DNA of 64,000 bases, taken from positions 3,104,001-3,168,000 of the forward strand of contig OY759729.1 of NCBI GenBank assembly GCA_963662585.1, in the 5' to 3' direction. The notes beneath the pieces are model-generated. The model was not told the origin of the DNA and searched no databases. It saw only the letters and a list, made by a program, of their open reading frames with translations. Below, in pieces: positions 38,194 to 48,054 of this stretch. The position numbers were made by a program, and so were the translations under genes. Each line of letters opens with the position of its first letter. Within the stretch, counting starts at the first letter, position 1. This DNA comes from Candidatus Cloacimonadales bacterium (GTDB lineage: Bacteria > Cloacimonadota > Cloacimonadia > Cloacimonadales > JAFGVF01).

Positions 38194-39393
38194 ATGATGA
38201 ATATTTCACATCGTGTCGAAAGTATGCAAGCTTCTCCAATCAGGAAGTTTTTGCCTTATTCTGATGCTGCAGTAGCTAGAGGAATAAAAATTTATCATTT
38301 GAATATCGGACAACCTGATATCGAGACTCCGAAAGAGATGATGGATGTTTATCACAATTTTAGTGATAAAATTTTAAGTTATGGACCTTCTCAAGGTTTA
38401 GCTTCTTATCGTAAGGCCTTAGTTACCTATTATCATAATAATGGAATTAAAGTTACTGAAAACGACATTATCGTAACTACAGCAGGTTCAGAAGCAATCA
38501 TATTTGCTATGCTTGCTACTTGCAATCCTGGTGATGAGATTTTAGTTCCTGAACCATTCTATACAAACTATAATGGCTTTGCTTCTATTGCTGGGGTTAA
38601 GTTAAATCCAATCACTACCTACGCTGAAACAGGTTTTGCTTTACCAAGTAAAGAAGAAATCGAAAAGCTAATTACTCCAAATACTAAAGCCTTTATGATT
38701 TGTAATCCAGGAAACCCAACTGGTAAAGTTTATTCTCGAGAAACTGTAGAAATGGTAGCAAATATCGCTAAAGAAAGAGGACTATATGTCATTTCTGATG
38801 AAGTATATCGCGAATTTGTTTATGATGGACTCTCTGCAACAAGTATTATGGAAATTCCTGGTATGGAAGAAAATGCTATCTTAGTAGATTCAATCTCTAA
38901 AAGATATAGTGCTTGTGGAGCAAGAATTGGTTGTATAATTTCTCAAAATAAGGAATTAATGACTGCTGTTCTAAAATTAGCTCAAGCTAGACTTTGTCCT
39001 CCTACTATTGATCAAAAAGCTGGTGAAGCATGTGTATTCTTAGATGAACATTATATTGATGATATTAAAGAAGAATACTGTAAAAGAAGAGATATTGTAT
39101 TTGATGAATTACAAACCATTGATGGGGTAGTTTGTGTTAAACCTGAAGGGGCTTTCTATATCGTTGCTAAACTTCCTATTGAAAATGCAGAAGAATTCAC
39201 CCAATGGATGTTGGAAGAATATAGCGTTAACAATGAAACTGTAATGTTTGCACCTGCAACTGGCTTCTATGCAACTCCTAACATGGGACTTAACGAAGTT
39301 AGATTCGCTTATATCTTAAATGAAAATGATCTCAGAAAAGCAATGTCAATCTTTAAAAGTGGTTTAGCTGAATATAAGAAACTTGCTAAATAG
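38194..39393 (+). CDS. PLP-dependent aminotransferase class I/II (aspartate aminotransferase-like)
   Basis: LNIGQPD, NPGNPTG, SDEVY and DSISKRYSACGARIG motifs. Confidence 0.92.
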   Translation: MMNISHRVESMQASPIRKFLPYSDAAVARGIKIYHLNIGQPDIETPKEMMDVYHNFSDKILSYGPSQGLASYRKALVTYYHNNGIKVTENDIIVTTAGSEAIIFAMLATCNPGDEILVPEPFYTNYNGFASIAGVKLNPITTYAETGFALPSKEEIEKLITPNTKAFMICNPGNPTGKVYSRETVEMVANIAKERGLYVISDEVYREFVYDGLSATSIMEIPGMEENAILVDSISKRYSACGARIGCIISQNKELMTAVLKLAQARLCPPTIDQKAGEACVFLDEHYIDDIKEEYCKRRDIVFDELQTIDGVVCVKPEGAFYIVAKLPIENAEEFTQWMLEEYSVNNETVMFAPATGFYATPNMGLNEVRFAYILNENDLRKAMSIFKSGLAEYKKLAK

Positions 39394-39424
39394 TAAATAA
39401 TGAGTATAATATAAATATAGAGTG

Positions 39425-39450
39425 GGGGACTTTTAGAAGTCCCCTTATTC
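39425..39450 (+). terminator. Probable terminator after the aminotransferase
   Basis: GGGGACTT-TTAG-AAGTCCCC followed by TTATTC. Confidence 0.6.
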
Positions 39451-39515
39451 ATATTATTCTTGACGAATCAATAAATGAAACTAGATATAAAATGAAATAA
39501 ATAATGGGAGGAAAG

Positions 39516-40304
39516 ATGAGTAACAATTTCAAGACCTTAAAAAGCTTTTCCAATTTGTTTGAAGCTGAATTAGTTAAAGAACTTCTAGAGGAAAATAACT
39601 TCACTGTAAACTTATTAAATGAATACACTGCCTCAAATTTACCAGGAGTCGCTGGAAATGACTTTATGATGATTGAACTTCAAGTGGTCGAAGAGGAATT
39701 TGATGAAGCTGAAGAGTTTATTGAAGATATTGGTGATTCCTATATTACCGATAGAATGCTAACTGAAACTGGTGCTAAATTAGACGGACACTTCTTATTA
39801 ACTTCTGGTAAACATAGTGATCAATATTTTGAAAAAATTAAAATTATCCAGAATCCTGAAAAGTGTGCTACTATTTGTAAAGCCTTAGCAGAAAGATTCG
39901 AAGATGTTGATGTTGATGTTGTTATCGGACCAGCTTATGGGGCAATAGTTCTTGGCTTTGAAGTTGCTAAAAATCTTAAAAAACAATTCGCTTTTACTCA
40001 ACGCAATGATGGAAAAATGTCTTTCCGTTCAGGATTCGATATTCAGCCAGGCATGAAAGCTCTCATAATTGAGGATGTAACAACTACTGGTGGAAGTATT
40101 TTTGAGGTAATGGAACTTCTTAAAGAAAAAGAAGTTGAGTGCGTAGGAGTAGGTTTATTAGTAGATAGATCAAACGGTTCAATTGATTTTGGTGTCCCTG
40201 TGGAAGCAATGCTTACTGTTGATGCCAAAAGTTGGGAAGCTGAAGAGTGCCCTTTATGCAATCAAAATATACCTTTAACCAAACCGGGTAGGAGTGATAA
40301 ATAG
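39516..40304 (+). CDS. pyrE: Orotate phosphoribosyltransferase with an N-terminal DUF2007-like domain
   Basis: GHFLLTSGKHS, GPAYGA, IIEDVTTTGGS and CPLC...KPG motifs, plus an extra ~75-aa acidic N-terminal domain. Start ATG 39516 after GGAGG. Confidence 0.9.
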   Translation: MSNNFKTLKSFSNLFEAELVKELLEENNFTVNLLNEYTASNLPGVAGNDFMMIELQVVEEEFDEAEEFIEDIGDSYITDRMLTETGAKLDGHFLLTSGKHSDQYFEKIKIIQNPEKCATICKALAERFEDVDVDVVIGPAYGAIVLGFEVAKNLKKQFAFTQRNDGKMSFRSGFDIQPGMKALIIEDVTTTGGSIFEVMELLKEKEVECVGVGLLVDRSNGSIDFGVPVEAMLTVDAKSWEAEECPLCNQNIPLTKPGRSDK

Positions 40305-42010
40305 TGAAAATAATCGGTATTTCTACAGGAGATCCGACAGGTATTGGTCCCGAAGTTACAGCAAAAAGTGTTCGTTATCATAAGTTATTACCTGATTTAG
40401 CACTTGTTATTTATGGTAAGTTTATAGCTTCCCATAATGGTCATCAACCGATTGAGATATCTAGTATTGATGAGGTAAAAGAGGGTGGAAAACTTTATCA
40501 TCTTGAGATTGATAATCCTGAACTTACTTTAGGAGAACCATCAGGAAAAAGTGGCGAAGTTGCTATTGCTATTTTAGACAGATTAGCTGCTGATATTAAG
40601 AGTAAGAAATTAGCTGCTGTGGTTACAGCTCCTGTATCAAAAAGCCATATTCATGATGCTGGTTATGATTTTATAGGACACACTGAATACTTGCAAAGAA
40701 AATTAGATGCTGATAATGTCGCAATGACCTTTTGGAGTAATGATTTAAAGGTAGGATTATTAACTACCCACCTTCCTCTTCATGAATTGGAAAAAGTACT
40801 TACTCCTGAATATTGTGAGGCTAAACTTAGACTTATTTACACAGAAGTTAATAAACTGATGAAGCAACCTCGGATAGCCTTACTTGCTAAGAACCCTCAT
40901 GCCGGAGAAAATGGTGCTTTCGGTGATACTGATGATATGTTCAAAGAGCTTCTAGCTAAACTAAATGAAGAAAATATTCATATAGATGGTCCTTTCCCTG
41001 CTGATACATTCTTCTCTTATAATCGCCAAGATTATGATTTCGTGATTTCTGCCTACCATGATCAAGGTCTGATTCCTTTTAAGATGCTGGCAGGTGGAAA
41101 AGGGGTTAATGTGACTCTAGGACTTCCTGTTTATCGAGCTTCTGCAGAACATGGTACAGCCTTCGATATCGCTAAGGATGATAAAGCTGATTTTAATTCT
41201 ATGCTAAGTGCTATTTATTGGGTAGAAGATAAACTCTCTAAACACTTGCAACATGCTAAAGAATATGGTGAATTTAGTAATTTCTATGATAACTATATGG
41301 CCCATGTTAACTACGATCAATGGGTAGCTAAGTTAAATGTTTGGGTTGATCAGTATTGTAAGATAAAACCTAAAAGGGTATTCGAAATTGCTTGTGGTAC
41401 TGGAGAGATATCTAAACGCATGGTTAAAGAGGGAAGAGAAGTAATTGGTGGAGATATTTCTGATATAATGCTGCATATTGCTGCTAAGAAGAGTAAGCAA
41501 CTAAGAATGGTCAGACATGATATGTTAGACCCTCTACCTCTTGATAATATTGATTTGGCACTCTGTTTATTTGATAGCATCAATTATCTTTTAGAAGAAA
41601 AGTTTCTTCTTAATCTTTTCCAAAATGTTAGAACAGCTTTGTCAGAAGAAGGCCTATTTATCTTTGATGTTTCAACAATCTACAATAGTGAAGAAAATTT
41701 AGATGGCTTCATAAATTATGAAGAATATTCTAACTTTAAAGTCTTGCATACTAGTGATTGGGATCCTGAAAATGAAACTCAAGAGTCTTTTTTAGATATC
41801 TTTAAAAAGAATAAGAGTTTCTATCAGAATTTTTCTGAGACTCATTACCAGAAGATTTATCCTATTAGAAAGATAAGAGCATTGTTAGAAGATTCAGGTC
41901 TAGAGATAATCGCAATCTATAACGGAAACGATAATATTAACTTACTTAATTACTATCCCGAAGATTTAGATGAAAGATTTGCTCGCATCTATTTTATTGT
42001 CAAAAAGTAA
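40304..42010 (+). CDS. pdxA: PdxA (4-hydroxythreonine-4-phosphate dehydrogenase family) fused to a class I SAM methyltransferase
   Basis: GDPTGIGPE, GHTEYL, NPHAGENG, YHDQGL and HGTAFDIA, followed by FYD..M, EIACGTG, GDIS..ML and DSINYL. Confidence 0.88.
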   Translation: MKIIGISTGDPTGIGPEVTAKSVRYHKLLPDLALVIYGKFIASHNGHQPIEISSIDEVKEGGKLYHLEIDNPELTLGEPSGKSGEVAIAILDRLAADIKSKKLAAVVTAPVSKSHIHDAGYDFIGHTEYLQRKLDADNVAMTFWSNDLKVGLLTTHLPLHELEKVLTPEYCEAKLRLIYTEVNKLMKQPRIALLAKNPHAGENGAFGDTDDMFKELLAKLNEENIHIDGPFPADTFFSYNRQDYDFVISAYHDQGLIPFKMLAGGKGVNVTLGLPVYRASAEHGTAFDIAKDDKADFNSMLSAIYWVEDKLSKHLQHAKEYGEFSNFYDNYMAHVNYDQWVAKLNVWVDQYCKIKPKRVFEIACGTGEISKRMVKEGREVIGGDISDIMLHIAAKKSKQLRMVRHDMLDPLPLDNIDLALCLFDSINYLLEEKFLLNLFQNVRTALSEEGLFIFDVSTIYNSEENLDGFINYEEYSNFKVLHTSDWDPENETQESFLDIFKKNKSFYQNFSETHYQKIYPIRKIRALLEDSGLEIIAIYNGNDNINLLNYYPEDLDERFARIYFIVKK

Positions 42011-42012
42011 GC

Positions 42013-42669
42013 ATGAATTCCCTGATTACAAACGAATTAGAATTATATCAAGAATATAAAACATTATGTGGAGTAGATGAAGCCGGACGCGGTCCCTTGG
42101 CTGGTCCGGTTGTCTGCTCTGCTGTAATATTCGATATAAAAGAACTTATTCAGATATCTAATTCTGAAGTAGATTATCTAATAACCAATTTGAATGATTC
42201 TAAAGCTATCTCTGAGAAAAAAAGAGAAAAGCTATTTCCTATTATCCAAAAATATGCTAAATCGTTCTCAATAATCTGCGTAGAAGCTGAGGAGATAGAT
42301 GAAATAAACATATTAAATGCTACTCTTGCTGGTATGGATAGAGCCTTGGATGCACTTGAGAATAACTGGGATGTAGCCCTGATAGATGGGAATAAACTTC
42401 CTCCTAAAAATAAAACAAAATCTAAATTTGTTATCAAAGGTGATGCTACTTACTTCTCTATTGCAGCTGCTTCTGTTCTTGCTAAGGTAACTCGTGATAG
42501 AATTATGCTAGAACTCCATAAAGAATTCCCCAATTACAATTGGCTCAAGAATAAGGGATATCCAACTAAAGAGCATATTCAAGCTATTGATCAATTCGGT
42601 ATTACTAAACATCATAGATTATCCTATGGACCGTGTAAGCAAATTAATATTCCTGGATTAAATAGCTAA
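42013..42669 (+). CDS. rnhB: Ribonuclease HII
   Basis: GVDEAGRGPLAGPV, DSK, LIDG, KGDA...IAAASVLAKVTRD and NKGYPT motifs. Confidence 0.96.
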   Translation: MNSLITNELELYQEYKTLCGVDEAGRGPLAGPVVCSAVIFDIKELIQISNSEVDYLITNLNDSKAISEKKREKLFPIIQKYAKSFSIICVEAEEIDEINILNATLAGMDRALDALENNWDVALIDGNKLPPKNKTKSKFVIKGDATYFSIAAASVLAKVTRDRIMLELHKEFPNYNWLKNKGYPTKEHIQAIDQFGITKHHRLSYGPCKQINIPGLNS

Positions 42670-42679
42670 AAGAAAGAAT

Positions 42680-43627
42680 TTACTTGAATTCATCCCTTTT
42701 TTGAGTAACTTTAAGAGCTTTTTTCTCGATTAACTGGTCTAATAACTCCTCTGTAAGTCTAGTTTTACCATTTCTAAGTGGGAATTTCATATCATAAGCT
42801 AAATCTGGAGGAGCATCTTTTTTATGGCAGGTCGCTACTATTAATGGTAAAATTGGTATTTCAATGATTTTTAATTTGTTTCTATCTGTAAGAACAAATT
42901 TAAAAAGAAAAGCTTTAATTTCATTTTCAAAATCTCGATATGCAATTATAGCTTGATAATACCCTTTTTTTCCAAAACTTATGCTTATACTTAAAACAAT
43001 TTTTATCTTTATTGTTTTATAACAATCATTAATTTTGCAGTCTTGTAAAGAATTTATAAAATTTTCAACTTGATTATCTTCAATTGATTTTTTGAATTTT
43101 TTGACAGTATAGTATATGGAATTATACATTTTAGTGCCAGTTATTGAAGCTGCAAAGAAATTCTTTTTCATTTTGTGAAAAAGAATTATCTCTTGTGTTA
43201 AACGATAAATTTTAATTTTTAGCTTTCTTGATTCAATTTTATAATTCCGAGCTATCTCAGAGAGACTTAAATGGTCAGTATAATAGTTTTGTAAAATAAT
43301 CTTTTCTTTGTTAGAAAGAAAATCATAAGAACTAAGGTCTATCTCTTGCTCTGTATACTCAGATTTATTATCAGGATATGTATTTAAAATCATAGGGTCA
43401 ATATTAGTTTCTGATTTATTTTGCTTACTTTTAATTCTTTTTAGACACAAATTCTTAGTAACTGTAAACAACCAATTATCAGTCTTATCAGAGTTTATAC
43501 GATTTTCGTTCATGTAAAACTGAATAGCTGTTAATTGAGCTATCTCTTGAACTGTATCGTAATCTGTAAAATAACGCCTAGCTACCTGCGTTGAATATTT
43601 TAACACTTTTTCATAATTAATATCCAT
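42680..43627 (-). CDS. ECF-like sigma-70 factor with a long C-terminal extension
   Basis: Region-2-like (VQEIAQ..., NWLFTVTKN) and region-4-like (LSNKEKIIL..YY...LSLSEIA) segments. Start ATG 43627 after AAGGTG. Confidence 0.7.
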   Translation of the reverse strand: MDINYEKVLKYSTQVARRYFTDYDTVQEIAQLTAIQFYMNENRINSDKTDNWLFTVTKNLCLKRIKSKQNKSETNIDPMILNTYPDNKSEYTEQEIDLSSYDFLSNKEKIILQNYYTDHLSLSEIARNYKIESRKLKIKIYRLTQEIILFHKMKKNFFAASITGTKMYNSIYYTVKKFKKSIEDNQVENFINSLQDCKINDCYKTIKIKIVLSISISFGKKGYYQAIIAYRDFENEIKAFLFKFVLTDRNKLKIIEIPILPLIVATCHKKDAPPDLAYDMKFPLRNGKTRLTEELLDQLIEKKALKVTQKRDEFK

Positions 43628-43737
43628 TAGACTGCACCTTTGTAAATTCATTAAATATAATGTTTTATGAAGTTTTCAATAAATATTTATCCATTTTTTA
43701 CTCTATATTAGTAGAGGAACTTAAAAAGAGGCAAATT

Positions 43738-45586
43738 ATGAAATGGAAATTTATTCTTTTAATATTAATACTAATTTTCAATATTGAAATATTTAGTCAA
43801 GAGTTTTATCAAGGATATCGAGTTGTTACATGGGATGAGATTGCAGGTATGGATTATTCAATCTTTAATCTATCCAACTGAAAGTAATTTTGGAATTGGT
43901 GATGTTGTAAATCTTGGAAATAAAATTTCAAACACATATTCTTCTACTGAAGAACTTGCTGCTGATATTGGAACCCAATTAGATGAATTTGCAATACCGA
44001 CTCATTCTCTTTGGCAAAACAAGTTGATTCCTGATTTTATATCGTCAAACCTGCAAGGATTAGCTGAATCCCTGACCTCATCAGAGTATGTAATTGAGGG
44101 ACTTAGAATTTTTCCATATGCTTCAGTAGCAATAGATTTATTTGATGCTTTTACTGGTAGCAGCTCAGGTCCACAAATTACTGAGTTTCAGCTGAATGGC
44201 TCAATAACTGGCTCAATAACAACAGATTATAATATTAAGGCATTTGATTGTTATGAAAGTATCTCAGACTCAAGAATTTATGATCCATTATATTCAGAAA
44301 ACTTGGGTGTACTAAATATCATCTCTAATCCAACGGGTTTAATAAAGGGTGATTATGAAGAAACGGACCCATATTATGCTTATTCAATGATTAAATTAAA
44401 TGAATTTCAGCTAGATAAAATTGTAGTAAACCCTGCTCTTGAAGTTGAAAATATAGAATCTATTGCTAGTTTACACATGAAGATAAATGAAGGCCAAACA
44501 GATATTGGACAGTTTAGACATAAAAATGATTATGTGTATATGGGGTGTGATCCATATAATTCTAATATTAAATATTTAAGAACTGGCTATAAACCATTAG
44601 AAGACATCTCTGGAATGGCTATGCATATTGGTGGAGTATTTGAAGAAACAGCATTATGCATAGTAACAACAATTCAGTATACTAATGGTAAAACTTCGTG
44701 TTTAGCTAATAAAAATAAGGTAGACCTTGTTCCAGATACAGCGACCAATCCAGGAATCCCATATTATCCAGTTTTTTATTTCCTAGAACCAGTAAGTAAT
44801 TCGGAGGTAGCAAGAAAATATTATGCAGGAATGAATTATGTTAGAGCTAACGACTATGCAACAGCATATGATACTCTTAAGGCAGTACCGCAAATTGATC
44901 AAAAATCAAAATTTGCTGAAAAATCTCTAGTATTACTTCCAATGTTACTTAAGGCTTTAGATGGAGATAAATCGCAGTTGATGAGTTATTATGATACACT
45001 AACTGATGAAGATATTAAAGTTTCTGTTGCTGAATCAAAAGTCTTGCTAGATATTACACAAAAAGATTATGAATTGGCAATTGAAAAATTGGAATACTTA
45101 ATTAATAATCCTCCTAGTGATAAGAATGTATTGGTATATGAGCTAGAACAAGCATATTGCTATTATAACCAATACTTACAGGGGAATCAAAGAAATACAC
45201 CAAAGTTTGTTTTGAGCCCAGATCAGTTTAGTTGCTATGTAGAAGGTATTAATGATAAAATAAAGAATAATAACACCGAAACTCAAGAAGAGAATCTCGT
45301 ACCTGGAATCTCAGAAGTTAAGCAAAATATATATCCTAATCCATTTAACCCGACTACTATTATAAGCTATTCAATACCTGATAAATCAGAAGTGAATGTT
45401 ACTATTTATAATCTCAGAGGTCAGAAAGTTAAAACACTTGTTGATTCAGATCTTGAAAAGGGTAATCATAAAGTTTTTTGGAATGGTGAGAATATGAATG
45501 ATGAACAAGTAGCATCTGGTGTATATTTCTCTATTGTTAGAACTGAACATGGTAGGTCTACTAAGAAACTTGTTTTACAAAAATAA
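43738..45586 (+). pseudogene. Frameshifted T9SS/FlgD-tagged secreted protein
   Basis: The signal peptide MKWKFILLILILIF... (ATG 43738, SD GAGG) stops at TGA 43879-43881. The body, with a TPR-like region and a YPNPFNPTT C-terminal domain, is in another frame to 45586. Confidence 0.65.
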
Positions 45587-45593
45587 TAAACCT

Positions 45594-45625
45594 AATAGCG
45601 GTTAAGATATCTTAACCGCTATTTT
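45594..45625 (+). terminator. Intrinsic terminator (perfect 30-bp palindrome)
   Basis: AATAGCGGTTAAGAT|ATCTTAACCGCTATT followed by TT. Confidence 0.7.
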
Positions 45626-45644
45626 ACAATAAACAGGAGAATCT

Positions 45645-47933
45645 ATGAAACATCTATTAATAATTATGTTAATAATAATAAACATTACACTAATTCATTG
45701 TTTTGAATTTTTAGGGGATATTCATACTGCAAGTAATAATAAAAGTAGTATATCTGTTGGAGATTATACTTATATGATAGATGGTGGGAAACTAACAGTC
45801 TGGGATTATTCTGATCCATTGCATACTGAACTAGTTACTATTATAAGAGCAGCAGTATGGTCTTTGGATAATCTTTATGTTACTGATGACATTCTTTGGC
45901 TTACAGAAAATAACAATATCTATGCCTATGATATTTCGAGTCCTGAGAGTCCACAAGTGATTTTTAATTTTGAGTTAGAATCTCAGATAACTGAGATTTG
46001 TGAAATAGAGTTATATAACAACTATCTGATTTTGAGTCTCTTTAGTTCGGAAGATGGTTATTTTATTAGATTTTACGATTTTGAAGAATTGCCTAATATG
46101 GTCCAATTACATGAACAATTTGAAAATAGTACTTCTTCATTAGTTCATGAAAATGATCTTTATTATATAAAAGTATTACAAGAAGAATTAGGCTTTAATG
46201 AAATAAGAAAAATTAATATCAACAATATCAATGATCAAGAAACAGAATGCTCTATACAGGCTAATGAGTTTACATCTTCTTATCGCTATACTGTTAAAGT
46301 TAATTCTGATTATCTTTATCTAATGGACTTAGAATCTGTGAATGCTTATTTGATTCAAGATGATGGCTTTGTTTTAGTAGATAGTCTTTCTACTCCTAGA
46401 TTAACAAGTAAAGGAGCGAAGTCTTCTTTAGAAGATAACATAATCTATACTTCTTATGGTTATCTGATTAAGATAACTGACCCTTCGAATCTGTCAATTA
46501 GTAGCATTCCTTCAGAATATATTGGTAATAAGTCTTTTTTTAAACATGATAATTATCTTTATTATGGAGATGATAATGGTATTAATTGTTTCTTAGCCAC
46601 TAGTACCGATATTCCAACTTTTCAATATTATGAACCTAAAACTAACAATATTGGGCAACCAATAATTAAAGATAATATTTTGTATGTAAATACTAAAACA
46701 GGATATTATTCTTATCTCCTTGGTGGTATATCTAATCATGAACCTTTAGGATATGTGGTATATGACCAAGAAAATTACCCCTTATCACTCGACACATTAC
46801 CTACGACTTTTATTGATGGCGGAAATGTAATTATTGCTTATATTGATAATAATTCTATCTCTGATTGGGAAGCACAATATGATCTTGCTTTTTTTGACAA
46901 AGATAGTTTTCCTGAATTGAATTTAATTGGTTACTTTCCTAATGTGGAACCTATGACTGATTTACTATTTGATGATGAGAAAGTCTATGGTATTTGTAAT
47001 AAAACTACAGATTTAGCTAATTTTACCCATTCTTTTATTGTTTTTGATACATCCAATGGTATTGTTGAAATGATTGGTGAAACAAACATTACTCAAAATT
47101 CCAATGTATATTATTGGGATTTGATTAAATCCGAGGATTATATTTCATTTATTTCGTCACCAATTATTCCTGGAACTAGCGAGTACTCTCTTAATAAATA
47201 TCATATAAGCGAAAATAATACTCTTGAATTTGATGCTAATCTTTATTCATTTCAGGAATGTTACCTCCCCCTTACTTATGTTAAAAATAACTATATGCTA
47301 TTTACTGAAACAGCTTCATGGGGTAGCGATAATTTGTTAAAAATATTAGATATGGCTGACCCAACAAGCCCTATATTATACGACTTTGAATTAGACTTCA
47401 TATTGACATCAATGATGATAGAAGATGGGATACTTTATACAAGTCAGCAATTACCTAATGGTTTGCAGATGACAATTGCCTACTCCTTTGCAGATCCTTC
47501 CAATCTAGTAGAAATATACAGGACTAACGACCAGAATATTCACTTTGGACATCCAGTTGTCTTTGAGAATAATTTGATAAGTTTTTATAGTTATATTATT
47601 TCCATGTACAGATTCCCTAATATTACATCTTCAGATGAATCAGAAATTGCAACAATTAATAAATTTTCTCTTAACAACTTTCCAAATCCATTTAATCCAG
47701 AGACAACAATTAGTTTCAATAATCCTGAAAGTGGAAAAGTTACATTATCAATCTACAACATTAAAGGGCAGTTGATTAATACTCTTTTGGATGAGGAAAC
47801 AAAGGCTGGAGTTCATAATATTGTTTGGAATGGTAAAGATGAAAAGGGAAAGAGAGTGGCTTCAGGAATCTACTTCTCGAGAATAAATACAAGAAACAGC
47901 AGTTTAACTAAGAAAATGATTCTCATGAAATAG
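45645..47933 (+). CDS. Secreted beta-propeller (LVIVD-like repeats) with a T9SS/FlgD C-terminal domain
   Basis: Signal peptide, repeated (W/Y)D.S.P..P units and NFPNPFNPETTISF...WNGKD...VASGIYF. Confidence 0.8.
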   Translation: MKHLLIIMLIIINITLIHCFEFLGDIHTASNNKSSISVGDYTYMIDGGKLTVWDYSDPLHTELVTIIRAAVWSLDNLYVTDDILWLTENNNIYAYDISSPESPQVIFNFELESQITEICEIELYNNYLILSLFSSEDGYFIRFYDFEELPNMVQLHEQFENSTSSLVHENDLYYIKVLQEELGFNEIRKININNINDQETECSIQANEFTSSYRYTVKVNSDYLYLMDLESVNAYLIQDDGFVLVDSLSTPRLTSKGAKSSLEDNIIYTSYGYLIKITDPSNLSISSIPSEYIGNKSFFKHDNYLYYGDDNGINCFLATSTDIPTFQYYEPKTNNIGQPIIKDNILYVNTKTGYYSYLLGGISNHEPLGYVVYDQENYPLSLDTLPTTFIDGGNVIIAYIDNNSISDWEAQYDLAFFDKDSFPELNLIGYFPNVEPMTDLLFDDEKVYGICNKTTDLANFTHSFIVFDTSNGIVEMIGETNITQNSNVYYWDLIKSEDYISFISSPIIPGTSEYSLNKYHISENNTLEFDANLYSFQECYLPLTYVKNNYMLFTETASWGSDNLLKILDMADPTSPILYDFELDFILTSMMIEDGILYTSQQLPNGLQMTIAYSFADPSNLVEIYRTNDQNIHFGHPVVFENNLISFYSYIISMYRFPNITSSDESEIATINKFSLNNFPNPFNPETTISFNNPESGKVTLSIYNIKGQLINTLLDEETKAGVHNIVWNGKDEKGKRVASGIYFSRINTRNSSLTKKMILMK

Positions 47934-48054
47934 TTGCTAGAAATCAGATTTATATTTTAATAATTCTACTATTAAATTGTTAAAATTAGTAGTAGAATTA
48001 TGTTATTATAAGGAAGATAAGGTAATTAACTTACCTACAAAATTATTATTTAAA

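Noticed and set aside
43879..43887. TGA readthrough or selenocysteine in the signal-peptide ORF
   Set aside because: A TAA follows two codons later in the same frame.
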